Origin: Desulfatiglandales bacterium
GTDB lineage: Bacteria > Desulfobacterota > DSM-4660 > Desulfatiglandales > Desulfatiglandaceae
Reading direction: 5' to 3'
Assembly (NCBI GenBank): GCA_963662465.1
Contig: OY759599.1
Location: 2,592,001 to 2,656,000, forward strand
DNA length: 64,000 bases
The number at the start of each line of letters is the position of its first letter. The first letter of the stretch is position 1. The translations under genes and the position numbers were made by a program. Shown here one piece after another: positions 8,001-17,280 of this stretch. Below the pieces are notes generated by a model. That model did not search any database and was not told the origin of the DNA. It worked only from the letters and a program-made list of their open reading frames with translations.

Positions 8001-10910
8001 TGTTGACTTTTTATCAACCGCCGGTCGGGGGGATGATGCCTGGGCCTTATCCGAAAGATTTGCTCCTCGCTCAGAAACCCCAGATTCTTTCAAACCTGAA
8101 CCTTGAAACGATCCGCTCTCAGTCTTCCCAACAAACACTTTCCCCATTTCTTTCCTGACAACTTGATCAACAGTCGCTTTCACGCCGCCTTTCACAGGGG
8201 TTTTCGTTTCAGGCATTGGCTCGGGATTTGACGATGTTGTCTTTTTTTCAACCGCTGGCCGGGGGGATGATGCCTGGGCCTTATCCGAAAGCTTGACTCC
8301 ATTCTCGGAAGACTCAGTCTCTTTCAAACCTGAAACTTGAAACAATCCGCTCTCAGTCTTCCCAACAACCACTTTCCCCATTTCTTTCTTGACAACTTGA
8401 TCAACAGACGCTTTCACGCCGCCTTTCACAGGGATTTTCGTTTCAGGCATTGGCTCGGGATTTGACGATGTTGTCTTTTTTTCAACCGCCGGCCGGGGGG
8501 ATGATGCCTGGGCCTTATCCGAAAGCTTGACTCCATTCTCGGAAGACTCAGTCTCTTTCAAACCTGAAGCTTGGAACGATCCGCTCTCAGTCTTCCCAAC
8601 AACCACTTTCCCCATTTCTTTCTTGACAACTTGATCAACAGACGCTTTCACGCCGCCTTTCGCAGGGGTTTTCGCTTCACTCAATGGCTCGGGGTTTGAC
8701 GAGGTTGTCTTTTTTTCAACCCTGAGCCGGGGGGATGATGCCTGGGCCTTATCCGAAAGCTTGACTCCATTCTCGGAAGACTCAGTCTCTTTCAAACCTG
8801 AAGCTTGGAACGATCCGCTCTCAGTCTTCCCAACAACCACTTTCCCCATTTCTTTCTTGACAACTTGATCAACAGACGCTTTCACGCCGCCTTTCGCAGG
8901 GGTTTTCGCTTCACTCAATGGCTCGGGGTTTGACGAGGTTGTCTTTTTTTCAACCCTGAGCCGGGGGGATGATGCCTGGGCCTTATCCGAAAGCTTGACT
9001 CCATTCTCGGAAGACTCAGTCTCTTTCAAACCTGAAGCTTGAAACGATCCGCTCTCAGTCTTCCCAATAACCACTCTCCCGTTTTCTTTCCTGACAACCT
9101 TATCAACAGGGGCCTTGACGCCGCCTTTCGCAGGGGTTTTCCCTTCCGGCAACGGCTCGGGGATTGCCGATGTTGCCTTTTTATCAACCGCCAGCCGGGA
9201 AGATGATTCCTGGGCCTTGGCCGGAAGCTTGACTCCATTCTCGGAAGACTCAGTCTCTTTCAAACCTGAACCTTGAAACGATCCGCTCTCAGTCTTCCCA
9301 ACAACCACTTTCCCCATTTCTTTCCTGACAGCCTGATCAACAGGGGCCTTTACGCCAGCTTTCACAGAGGTTTTCGCTTCAAGCATCGGCTCAGGGTTTG
9401 ACAATGTTGTCTTTTTTTCAACCGCCGGCCGGGGAGATGATGCCTGGGCCTTATCCGAAAGATTTGCTCCTCGCTCAGAAACCCCAGATTCTTTCAAACC
9501 TGAAACTTGAAACGATCCGCTCTCAGTCTTCCCAACAACCACTTTCCCCATTTCTTTCCTGACAGCCTGATCAACAGGGGCCTTTACGCCAGCTTTCACA
9601 GAGGTTTTCGCTTCAAGCATCGGCTCGGGGTTTGATGATGTTGACTTTTTATCAACCGCCGGTCGGGGGGATGATGCCTGGGCCTTATCCGAAAGATTTG
9701 CTCCTCGCTCAGAAACCCCAGATTCTTTCAAACCTGAACCTTGAAACGATCCGCTCTCAGTCTTCCCAACAAACACTTTCCCCATTTCTTTCCTGTCAAC
9801 CTCATCAACAGGGGCCTTTACGCCGGCTTTCACAGAGGTTTTCGCTTCAGGCATCGGCTCGGAGTTTGACGATGTTGTCTTTTTTTCAACCGCCTGCCGG
9901 GAAGATGATGCCTCTGCCTTCTCCGAAAGATTTGCTCCTCGCCCAGAAACCCCAGATTCTTTCAAACCTGGAACTTTAAACGATCCGCTCTTAGTCTTCC
10001 CAACAAACACTTTCCCCATTTCTTTCCTGACAACCTGATCAACAGGGGCATTGACGCCGGCTTTCACAGGGGTTTTCACTTCACTCAATGGCTCGGGGTT
10101 TGACGAGGTTGTCTTTTTTTCAACCGACAGCCGGGGGGATAATGCCTGGGCCTTCTCCGAAAGATTTGCTCCATCCTCGGAAACCCCAATCTCTTTCAAC
10201 TCAGAACCCTGAAACGCCTGTACATCATTCTTTCCAACACCCGGTTTATCAACTTCAACGCCCACTATCGATTCCCCAGTGGATTTAAACTTCTCTTTTA
10301 TGGGCAATTCCGAACTGGGACTCTTTTCAACGTTCAAAGGCATCGTAATAGGCCTGCCGCCCTGCCCTTTCATGGTCAGGGTTATGCGGCCGGTTTCGAT
10401 CGATTTTTTGGGGGTATTCAGAACGTTGATTTCCGTTTCCGATCCTGCTGAAACTGAAATAGGTTCATCTGCATGTTGTCCACTCAAAAGCGGCGTCATC
10501 AATCCCGGCAAAATCGCCTGTTCCGACTCTTCTGCCATCGGATTCACCGTCAAATCTTTGGATTCTCCATCAAACTCCCGGGTTTCCTCATCCAATTTGC
10601 CGGATTCGGCTTTTACGGATTTGGATTCGAACCGATGCCGAGGATTGGCGCCGCTCACGGCTTTCCCTGAAACAACCGAACCTTTTTCATCCTTGGCGTT
10701 CTCACCCTTTTTCCAGCCCGAAACACCATGAGAGGAAAAACCGGCCTTATGCTCATCAGCCACGGCCGCAAAGGTGGAAAGAAAACCATTCCCACTCTGC
10801 TCCGATTCACAAACCCCTTTGGGAGTTCTTGAAAAAACCGCATCTTGATGTGGCATTATGAGGATGTTGTTCAGCATATTCTTGTTTCCGGATAGTCTTA
10901 AGAGAAACAT
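5007..10910 (-). CDS. fliK: Flagellar hook-length control protein FliK, giant and repeat-expanded (1,967 aa; start may be Met at 10877)
   Basis: C-terminal domain VKMSLHPESLGHLRIRI...KEMIEHNLHQLKADFQNQGLEIEKFDV ending VDFFA; canonical fliK-flgD-flgE order. Confidence 0.9.
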   Translation of the reverse strand: MFLLRLSGNKNMLNNILIMPHQDAVFSRTPKGVCESEQSGNGFLSTFAAVADEHKAGFSSHGVSGWKKGENAKDEKGSVVSGKAVSGANPRHRFESKSVKAESGKLDEETREFDGESKDLTVNPMAEESEQAILPGLMTPLLSGQHADEPISVSAGSETEINVLNTPKKSIETGRITLTMKGQGGRPITMPLNVEKSPSSELPIKEKFKSTGESIVGVEVDKPGVGKNDVQAFQGSELKEIGVSEDGANLSEKAQALSPRLSVEKKTTSSNPEPLSEVKTPVKAGVNAPVDQVVRKEMGKVFVGKTKSGSFKVPGLKESGVSGRGANLSEKAEASSSRQAVEKKTTSSNSEPMPEAKTSVKAGVKAPVDEVDRKEMGKVFVGKTESGSFQGSGLKESGVSERGANLSDKAQASSPRPAVDKKSTSSNPEPMLEAKTSVKAGVKAPVDQAVRKEMGKVVVGKTESGSFQVSGLKESGVSERGANLSDKAQASSPRPAVEKKTTLSNPEPMLEAKTSVKAGVKAPVDQAVRKEMGKVVVGKTESGSFQGSGLKETESSENGVKLPAKAQESSSRLAVDKKATSAIPEPLPEGKTPAKGGVKAPVDKVVRKENGRVVIGKTESGSFQASGLKETESSENGVKLSDKAQASSPRLRVEKKTTSSNPEPLSEAKTPAKGGVKASVDQVVKKEMGKVVVGKTESGSFQASGLKETESSENGVKLSDKAQASSPRLRVEKKTTSSNPEPLSEAKTPAKGGVKASVDQVVKKEMGKVVVGKTESGSFQASGLKETESSENGVKLSDKAQASSPRPAVEKKTTSSNPEPMPETKIPVKGGVKASVDQVVKKEMGKVVVGKTESGLFQVSGLKETESSENGVKLSDKAQASSPRPAVEKKTTSSNPEPMPETKTPVKGGVKATVDQVVRKEMGKVFVGKTESGSFQGSGLKESGVSERGANLSDKAQASSPRPAVDKKSTSSNPEPMLEAKTSVKAGVKAPVDQAVRKEMGKVVVGKTESGSFQVSGLKESGVSERGANLSDKAQASSPRPAVEKKTTLSNPEPMLEAKTSVKAGVKAPVDQAVRKEMGKVVVGKTESGLFQASGLKETESSENGVKLSDKAEASSPRPVVEKKTTLSNPEPMPETKTPAKGGVKAPVFELAGKENGKMVIGKTESGSFQGSGLKETESSENGVNLSDKAQASSPRLRVEKKTTSSNPEPLSEAKTPAKGGVKASVDQVVKKEMGKVVVGKTESGSFQASGLKETESSENGVKLSDKAQASSPRPAVEKKTTSSNPEPMPETKIPVKGGVKASVDQVVKKEMGKVVVGKTESGLFQVSGLKETESSENGVKLSDKAQASSPRPAVEKKTTSSNPEPMPETKTPVKGGVKATVDQVVRKEMGKVVVGKTESGSFQASGLKETESSENGVKLSDKAQASSPRPAVEKKTTSSNPEPMPETKTPVKGGVKATVDQVVRKEMGKVVVGKTESGSFQVSGLKETGVSENGGKLPAKAQESSSRLAVDKKATSSNPEPMPEAKTPVKAGVKAPIDQAVRKEMGKVVAGKTESGSFQASGLKETESSENGGKLPAKAQESSSRLAVDKKATSAIPEPLPEGKTPAKGGVKAPVDKVVRKENGKVVVGKTESGSFQASGLKETGVSENGVKLSAKVQELSPRPVVDKKKASATPELSSNATKTTGNILSGSGESSSAGKENPLFSDSLRAIRSGVGEVSVTEKGEKRQKEPSDGFKANIGAAAGALELETQSSKSNTEQREGQAESEKSNQFQGKISHNLSEKLESVSGEDTQATPKTYTISDNSNTIVAPDNEKELPKRSEGSNGFGQLFRTAAFLLKNGRSEVKMSLHPESLGHLRIRILTESHQVTVKVMVDTLVAKEMIEHNLHQLKADFQNQGLEIEKFDVSLSQDSDKNGAGYNPSPANRTKGRAGQKREGNTRQDEKSERADATPKAMRHENAVDFFA
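5880..10240 (-). repeat. Intragenic tandem repeat, 234 bp / 78 aa unit, about 18.5 copies
   Basis: Anchor ccgctctcagtcttccc recurs every 234 bp (6241 and 8581 are 10 units apart); 18 GKT(E/K)SG motifs plus one degenerate N-terminal unit. Confidence 0.95.
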
Positions 10911-10932
10911 TTCATTTTCACGGAAGACTTAA

Positions 10933-10948
10933 TGCAACAGATATGCCG
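10933..10948 (-). promoter_or_regulatory. sigma54 (-24/-12) promoter for fliK-flgD-flgE
   Basis: Minus strand CGGCAT-ATCTG-TTGCA matches TGGCAC-N5-TTGCW with exact spacing, 22 bp upstream of the ORF. Confidence 0.75.
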
Positions 10949-11216
10949 AAAATAGGGCGTCAAAATGATCCAGATGCTCGAATGATCATTGCCACACAAA
11001 GACATTCTGACATAACATACCAGTATCATTATACCTATTATCCAACACCGCAATGAAGCCACAACCCAACAAGCGACCATTCCGCAGGTTGAATCCACCT
11101 CATAAGGGGAAAATCACTCGTAAAACATGGGCAACTTTTTCCCCTCATCGCCTGTTTCTTCCTAGCGAGATGACGAAGGAACTCGTTTTTTAGAAATCGA
11201 CCCCAAACAAAAAGGT

Positions 11217-11237
11217 GGGCACAAGACCCGCCCCTAC
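11217..11237 (-). repeat. Degenerate GTAG-type REP-like palindrome
   Basis: Minus strand GTAGGGGCGGGTCTTGTGCCC resembles the copies at 37206, 60367, 60431 and 61772. Confidence 0.45.
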
Positions 11238-11349
11238 GTGCGTTTGTGGGGCAAAAAATTGGTAGGGTTAAAATAATGGATATTGGTGTGGAAAGTTGGA
11301 TGGGGGTGAAAAAAATTGCTTGCTTAAATCCTGAAATGAGGCATTATCT

Positions 11350-11796
11350 TCATGTCGGACTCTTAAGGTTCTTAAATCCATTGATGGCGATTTCGTCCAT
11401 CTCTTTTTGTTCTTTTCGTTGCAGTTCCAGTTTGTGGGCCTTCAATCGGTTCTGCTTCAATTGATCAACGGTCTTGCGCTTCTTAACGGCTTCGATCAGC
11501 TTATTGCGCTTCTTTTGGATATTGTTTTCAAGCCGTACAATCGTCTTATGCTGCACCTTTATCTGTGTGGAGACCCGCCCGATAAAATCGCTGTAAAGCG
11601 ATATATCCACAGCCCTGATGCCCTTCATCTGTCTTTCCTGTAACTCACGGAGACATGTGTTTTTGGTATCTTCAAGCTTCTTCAGTTTTTCTTTTTCAGC
11701 CAGCAGCAATCGTTTCAAGGCTGCCATTTCCTTTTGTAGCTCCTCCTCAATGAGCTTTCGATGCTTCAAAACCGGTTCCAGGCTGAAATGATACAT
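11350..11796 (-). CDS. fliJ: Flagellar export protein FliJ
   Basis: MYHFSLEPVLKHRK start, coiled coil, EQKEMDE end; directly after fliI. Confidence 0.9.
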   Translation of the reverse strand: MYHFSLEPVLKHRKLIEEELQKEMAALKRLLLAEKEKLKKLEDTKNTCLRELQERQMKGIRAVDISLYSDFIGRVSTQIKVQHKTIVRLENNIQKKRNKLIEAVKKRKTVDQLKQNRLKAHKLELQRKEQKEMDEIAINGFKNLKSPT

Positions 11797-11841
11797 ATTG
11801 AATCACCATTGTCGGGTTACAGATTTTTCACTGAACCATGT

Positions 11842-13155
11842 CTAACGAACATTGAACATCCCCTTAAGCGACTTGATACAGTTTTTAAGGTCTTCTTTTT
11901 CTTCAATCCCCTGCTTCAGATACCCATTCACTTTTTCGATCATTTTGACGGCATAATCGATTTTCGGGTTGCTCCCCGCCACATAGGCGCCGATGTTGAT
12001 CAAATCCTCGGCTTTTCGATAGGTGGCCAGAATCTCTTTGAGGCGATTGGCGCAATCCTTATGCTTCGGGGCCGTAATATCAATCATCACCCGGCTGATG
12101 CTCTCCAGGATATCAATGGCCGGATAGTGATTCTGCGTTGCCAAATCCCTGGAAAGGACGATATGGCCGTCCAAAATCGATCTGACCGCATCGGCAATGG
12201 GCTCGTTCATATCATCCCCCTCAACCAGAACGGTATACAGACCGGTAATCGTGCCGCTCCCTGAAGAGGCGCCGGCTCTTTCCAGCAGTTTCGGCAACAG
12301 CGTAAAGACCGATGGCGTATACCCCTTGGTGGTGGGCGGCTCACCCGCGGCAAGTCCAACCTCCCTTTGGGCCATGGCAAATCTTGTCAGGGAATCCATC
12401 ATGAGCATCACATGCTTTCCCCGGTCCCGAAAGTATTCGGCAATGGCCGTGGCGACAAAAGCGCCCCTCATCCGAATCAAAGGGAGATGATCGGATGTGG
12501 CCACCACCACAACGGACCGTTTGAGGCCCTCCTGTCCGAGATCCCGCTGAATGAAATCGTTCAGTTCCCGGCCTCTCTCTCCAATGAGTGCAATGACATT
12601 GACGTCCGCGCTGGTTTTTTGTGCGATCATCCCCAACAGCACGCTCTTGCCCACACCCGACCCCGCAAAGATGCCCATTCGCTGGCCACAACCCACGGTC
12701 AGGACCCCGTTGATGGCCCTGATGCCCAAATCGAGAGGTTGATCGATTCTTTTTCTCAACAGCGGATTAATGGGATCAGCATAAATGGGGTAGGTGCTTT
12801 CAAATGAGATGGGGCCTTTCCCATCGATGGGATTTCCAAGCCCATCAACCACCCGTCCCAGCAGGTCTTCACCAACGGGGGCCAGGGCATTCCGTTCCTT
12901 GGCCACAACCCGGTTCCCCGGAGAAATACCGCGAATCTCACCCAGGGGAACCAGCAGCATCCGATTGTCCCTGAAGCCGAATACTTCGGCTTTTACCCTT
13001 GGGAGGCCGCCTTTCGGATAGATACTGCAAACACTCCCCAGCCTGGATGCGGGCCCATCCGCCTCAACGATAAACCCCAGGACCTTTGTCACCCGTCCCA
13101 TTCTGGTAATGGGGGTTATACCCGCCAGCGTGGTATGATATCGGTTCAAATCCAT
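11842..13155 (-). CDS. fliI: Flagellar export ATPase FliI
   Basis: GQRMGIFAGSGVGKS Walker A, GERGRE, MDSLTRFA, GEPPTTKGY. Confidence 0.97.
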   Translation of the reverse strand: MDLNRYHTTLAGITPITRMGRVTKVLGFIVEADGPASRLGSVCSIYPKGGLPRVKAEVFGFRDNRMLLVPLGEIRGISPGNRVVAKERNALAPVGEDLLGRVVDGLGNPIDGKGPISFESTYPIYADPINPLLRKRIDQPLDLGIRAINGVLTVGCGQRMGIFAGSGVGKSVLLGMIAQKTSADVNVIALIGERGRELNDFIQRDLGQEGLKRSVVVVATSDHLPLIRMRGAFVATAIAEYFRDRGKHVMLMMDSLTRFAMAQREVGLAAGEPPTTKGYTPSVFTLLPKLLERAGASSGSGTITGLYTVLVEGDDMNEPIADAVRSILDGHIVLSRDLATQNHYPAIDILESISRVMIDITAPKHKDCANRLKEILATYRKAEDLINIGAYVAGSNPKIDYAVKMIEKVNGYLKQGIEEKEDLKNCIKSLKGMFNVR

Positions 13156-13913
13156 CAGCGGTTTTCCCTGAGCGCTTCCGCTACAGCCTCAAGCTGATGC
13201 TCAATTCTTGCGTCCACACAACCAAAATCCGTTTCAATAACACAACCGCCACTGGAAACATGGCCGTCGCTTTCCAATACGCCGTCCCCCATATTGTCAA
13301 CCATCAGTTCAGGGAAGGAAAGGCCGGCATCCTTAACCGTCTGAAAATCCGAAGGGTTGATTCTTATTTTTATAATTTCACTGCCGCCTGTTTCCCTCAT
13401 CGTCCCCTTCAAAACATCCACAACGGTCCCCTTGTTCATGGAAACCTCATGACATACAATTTTCCCGGCAATGGCCAATGCCAGTTCCACGGATGCCTTT
13501 TCAAAATCGGAAACAAGCGCCTCCCGACATCTCCCCAACTCCAGAATCGCCCCCCGAAACGCTTCAAAAACCGGTTCGATTTTTTTCCGCTCCGAAAGGA
13601 TTCCCTCCTTTTCACCGTCAACGAATCCCCTGGAATAGGCCGCTTCAAGTTCAGCGGCATGCTTTTCCGCCAATTCCGCTTCAATATCGTGGCATGCCGG
13701 TGGCGCCGGCGGTGGTTCTTTCTCCTGGAAAAGGGCTTCAAACCCGCCCTCGACTAAACCCTGATGGGCGGAATTGCAAATGGGTTCAAAAACAGCCTTT
13801 CCGTCAGCCGCCGACAGACCGTCCGCCGATCCATCGCCGCCCAGATCCGGGAACATGTGAGGCTTGCATGTCCCTTCATTACCGAATTTATGACGCTTGA
13901 TAATTTTAGACAA
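13155..13913 (-). CDS. fliH: Flagellar assembly protein FliH
   Basis: AxxxGxxxGxxxG repeat, IRINPSD, GGCVIETDFGCVDARIE; between fliG and fliI. Confidence 0.92.
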   Translation of the reverse strand: MSKIIKRHKFGNEGTCKPHMFPDLGGDGSADGLSAADGKAVFEPICNSAHQGLVEGGFEALFQEKEPPPAPPACHDIEAELAEKHAAELEAAYSRGFVDGEKEGILSERKKIEPVFEAFRGAILELGRCREALVSDFEKASVELALAIAGKIVCHEVSMNKGTVVDVLKGTMRETGGSEIIKIRINPSDFQTVKDAGLSFPELMVDNMGDGVLESDGHVSSGGCVIETDFGCVDARIEHQLEAVAEALRENR

Positions 13914-14892
13914 TCAGTTCTTCCCCTCGACGACCGGCAATGACGAGTTCGCCCTGCTCTTCCATTTCCTGGATGGCCCTGGTGATGATATTTTGCGCGT
14001 CTTCCACATCTTTCATTCTGACAGCCCCCAGAACTTCAATTTCTTCCCTCAACATCTCCCCGGCCCTTTCAGACATATTGGAAAACACCTTCGCCTTGAC
14101 GTCGCTGGAGGCGGCCTTCAAGGCCTTGGCCAGTTCCTGAGACTCAACCCTTCGCAATACCTTCTGCAGCCCCTTATTATCAACAAAAACGATATCATCG
14201 AAAGTAAACATCTTCTGTTTAATAGCCGCCGCCAGTTCCGGATTGCTATCGTCTATCTTTTCCAGAATAACCTCCCCTGAAAAACCGTCCAATTCGTTCA
14301 GGATGCTGGCCATCAAATCAACACCGCCCTTAACGACATTCACGGATTCATCGCTTTCCTGGATGGCTTCGTCAAAAATTTTTGCCACTTCATCGACCAT
14401 GGATGATCCGATCTTATCCAATGTGGCGATCCTGAATCCAACCTCGCCCCGGATCTCATCAGAAAGCTCAGCCAAAATTTCACTGGCAACTTCTGGAGTC
14501 ACATGAACCAGAATCATGGCAATGGTCTGGGGATGTTCATCCCTGATCAGCTCATAAAGACGATCCGGCGCCAAAGCCCTCAGGGCGGATAAATCAGCCG
14601 GTTTTTTAGGAAGCCGTTTTTTCTTGGGAGGGGGCAGCGGCATATCGTCTTGGGGCAAGGTCGGGTTTTCGATCTGCAAGGGACCGCCCCCTCCTTCGCA
14701 CAACTCAACAAACTCCTTGGCCACATTTTCAAGCAACTCCGGGGATACTTCTTCCATCTGGGATAGGAGTTCCTGGAGCCGTCTTCTTTCGTCTTCTTCC
14801 AGCAAGGGAAAGATTTTCTGCTCAATCCTTTTTCCACCCGCATATACCAGGATCGCCGCCTTCAAGGAACCGGGTAACCGTTTAGGATCCAT
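13906..14892 (-). CDS. fliG: Flagellar motor switch protein FliG
   Basis: KAAILV, EHPQTIA, KMFTFDD, NMSERA motifs. Confidence 0.95.
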   Translation of the reverse strand: MDPKRLPGSLKAAILVYAGGKRIEQKIFPLLEEDERRRLQELLSQMEEVSPELLENVAKEFVELCEGGGGPLQIENPTLPQDDMPLPPPKKKRLPKKPADLSALRALAPDRLYELIRDEHPQTIAMILVHVTPEVASEILAELSDEIRGEVGFRIATLDKIGSSMVDEVAKIFDEAIQESDESVNVVKGGVDLMASILNELDGFSGEVILEKIDDSNPELAAAIKQKMFTFDDIVFVDNKGLQKVLRRVESQELAKALKAASSDVKAKVFSNMSERAGEMLREEIEVLGAVRMKDVEDAQNIITRAIQEMEEQGELVIAGRRGEELIV

Positions 14893-14903
14893 ATTTTTGC
14901 TAT

Positions 14904-16520
14904 CTAAGCCTCTTTCTCATTCAGCCAGCCTCTTAACAACGCCAGGTTCTGTTCCTGGTTCTGATCTATTAACGCCAATGCCTTATCCCTGTAGGGCAAA
15001 CTTTTCCCAGACTCACTCTCTATCTCTTCAAGAGTTTTGGGCAATTGGTTGAGCATTTGCGTATTTTTGGCCGGGCCGGCAGTGAGCCATCTGACCAGCG
15101 GCCGCACCACAAAGAGGAAGGTCAAAATGAAAAAAAGCCCCAGGAATACAGGTTTCGTGGATGGCGCATACTTTTCCACGGTGGCCATCCAGCCCTTCTT
15201 ATCCTGATCTTCTTCAGACCCGATGGTTTCGGAAGGTTCAAAGGGGATGTTCACGACTTCCACTTCGTCCCCCCTTGCGGAATCGAAATTAGCCGCACGC
15301 TTCACGATTCTTTCAAGTTTCCCCATCTCCTCTTCGGTCCTGGGAACATATACCCATTGTTCCTTCTCTTCCCCTTTGCCAACCCGTTTCCGAACCCCAT
15401 CAATCATGACAGCCACGGATAACCTCTTGATGGCTGCAAACGGTTCTATGGTGTGGCTCGTCACCTTGCTGATCTCATAATTCACAGTGCGCTCTTGTTT
15501 CTGGAAGCTTTCCGCAACGCCCGATTGCCCGTTTTTTTTCCGGGCATTCTCATCCCCCGTCATATCAGCCGCCGAGGTATTGGAAAGGATGCCCGGCACG
15601 CCCGAAGGACCCGACCCCAACCCTTTGGAAGATTCGTTGAAAAGCTGTTCGCTTCGAATGGCATTCTTGTCGGGGAAAAATTTCTCCTCGGTTCGTTCCT
15701 GCCGTTTGAAATCCAACTCGCACGACACTCTCACAATCGCCTTGCCCGGCCCCAGGGGCTTTTCCAGCATGGATTGGATCCGGGTTTCCAGACCCTTTTC
15801 TATTTTTCCCTGCAACGCCAGTTGATCCGTGTTGGCCGTCCCGCTTTCGGAATCGGTTTTGTTGCCGGCCAGCATTTTTCCATAATTATCCACAATGGTA
15901 ACGTTTTCAGGATTAAGTCCCGACACACTGGATGAAACCAGATGAACCACGGCCTGAACCTGGGCTTCCCGCAGCCGCCGTCCGGGACGAAGCTTGAGGA
16001 TGATGGAGGTCGTCGCCGGGGTCTCATCCTCAAGGAACAAGGAATTGGAAGGCATTACAATGTGTACCCTTGAACTTTCCACCTCATCGAAACCGTTGAT
16101 GGTTCGGCTCAACTCCCCCTGCAAAGCCCTCTGGTAATTTACATTTTGTACGAATTCGGTCATGCCGAGTTTCGTATTATCAAAAATTTCAAACCCGACG
16201 CCGCTTCCACGAGGCAGTCCTCGGGATGCCAGATCCAATCTGGCCTCAGGGATCATCTCCTTCGGAATCAGTATGGAATTACCATTTGAGGATGTTTTGC
16301 AGGGTATTTTTTTTTCTTTCAGAGAATTGACAATAGTCCCCGCATCTTCAGGGGACAAATTCGAATAGAGTACCTGATAATCAGGGCTCCCCGTCCACAA
16401 CGCCAGGAAGATAAACCCCGCGAGGGTCGCCGTCGCAAACCCGATGAGCGTAAATCGTTTGGCTGGAGAAAGACTTTTGAACAATGCCTTTAGTTGGGAA
16501 GAAAAATCGCTTATTGCCAT
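14904..16520 (-). CDS. fliF: Flagellar M-ring protein FliF
   Basis: Two TM segments, GFEIFD, NYQRALQGELSRTI, RVHIVMP, RLSVAV. Confidence 0.97.
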   Translation of the reverse strand: MAISDFSSQLKALFKSLSPAKRFTLIGFATATLAGFIFLALWTGSPDYQVLYSNLSPEDAGTIVNSLKEKKIPCKTSSNGNSILIPKEMIPEARLDLASRGLPRGSGVGFEIFDNTKLGMTEFVQNVNYQRALQGELSRTINGFDEVESSRVHIVMPSNSLFLEDETPATTSIILKLRPGRRLREAQVQAVVHLVSSSVSGLNPENVTIVDNYGKMLAGNKTDSESGTANTDQLALQGKIEKGLETRIQSMLEKPLGPGKAIVRVSCELDFKRQERTEEKFFPDKNAIRSEQLFNESSKGLGSGPSGVPGILSNTSAADMTGDENARKKNGQSGVAESFQKQERTVNYEISKVTSHTIEPFAAIKRLSVAVMIDGVRKRVGKGEEKEQWVYVPRTEEEMGKLERIVKRAANFDSARGDEVEVVNIPFEPSETIGSEEDQDKKGWMATVEKYAPSTKPVFLGLFFILTFLFVVRPLVRWLTAGPAKNTQMLNQLPKTLEEIESESGKSLPYRDKALALIDQNQEQNLALLRGWLNEKEA

Positions 16521-16532
16521 AAGTGTTCTCCG

Positions 16533-16835
16533 CTAAACCGCCATCCGCATCATTTCCTTGTAAGCATCGATGACCTTGTTGCGCATTTGCATCAATAACT
16601 GGAAGGAGACGCTTGCCTTCTCCATAGCAATCATGGTCTGGTGAATATCCGCTTTCTTCCCTCCGGCCAATCCCTGAATGGCATCATCCGCCTCGTTTTT
16701 CAATCGGTTCACGTTGTCCATGGCCCCTGAGAGCGCTTGCGCAAAAGACCCCCCGCCATTTTCCCGGACCGGATTACCTTTGGGAGATGACAGACCGGGC
16801 ATTTCCAAATGGTTGTTGATGGTAATCTTTTCCAT
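16533..16835 (-). CDS. fliE: Flagellar hook-basal body protein FliE
   Basis: HQTMIAMEKASVSFQLLMQMRNKVIDAYKEMMRM. Confidence 0.96.
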   Translation of the reverse strand: MEKITINNHLEMPGLSSPKGNPVRENGGGSFAQALSGAMDNVNRLKNEADDAIQGLAGGKKADIHQTMIAMEKASVSFQLLMQMRNKVIDAYKEMMRMAV

Positions 16836-16840
16836 TGGCG

Positions 16841-17278
16841 CTACCTCCCGATTTCCAATGCTTTTAAGGCCATATCCTTGGTGGCCTTGATGGCCGTTAC
16901 ATTTGCCTCATAACTCCTGGAGGCGGATATCATATTGGCCATCTCCTCCATCAAGTTGATGTTGGGCGTCTTGATGTATCCATCTTTATCCGCATCCGGG
17001 TGTTGGGGATTGTATTTTAAGTGCGGCTCTCTGGGATCTTCGATAATCTCATCAACCCGAACTTCCGATATGGGGCCGGCCATATGGGATTTCAGAAGGT
17101 TTTGAAAGGCGGGATTCATCGGTTTCCCGGCGAAGATCACATCCTTTCTGCGATAAGGGCCGCCACCGGGCGTCCTCGTGGTATTGATGTTGGCCAGATT
17201 GCTGCTGGTCACATTCATCCTGAGCCTTTGGGCGGAAAGTCCTGAAGAACCGATGCGGAGCGCGTCAAGAAAATTCAT
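16841..17278 (-). CDS. flgC: Basal-body rod protein FlgC
   Basis: SGLSAQRLRMNV..NLANINTTRT..GPYRRK, HPDADKDGY, SRSYEANV. Confidence 0.97.
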   Translation of the reverse strand: MNFLDALRIGSSGLSAQRLRMNVTSSNLANINTTRTPGGGPYRRKDVIFAGKPMNPAFQNLLKSHMAGPISEVRVDEIIEDPREPHLKYNPQHPDADKDGYIKTPNINLMEEMANMISASRSYEANVTAIKATKDMALKALEIGR

Positions 17279-17280
17279 TT

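Noticed and set aside
5880..10240. Regular repeat array as a CRISPR or non-coding satellite
   Set aside because: Units are 234 bp, contiguous, have no unique spacers and stay in frame within fliK; no cas genes are present
11100..11325. GGGCAA-N-TT motifs upstream of fliK as activator binding sites
   Set aside because: Only weak, imperfect palindromes (for example GGGCAACTTTTTCCC at 11129); not distinguishable from chance by eye
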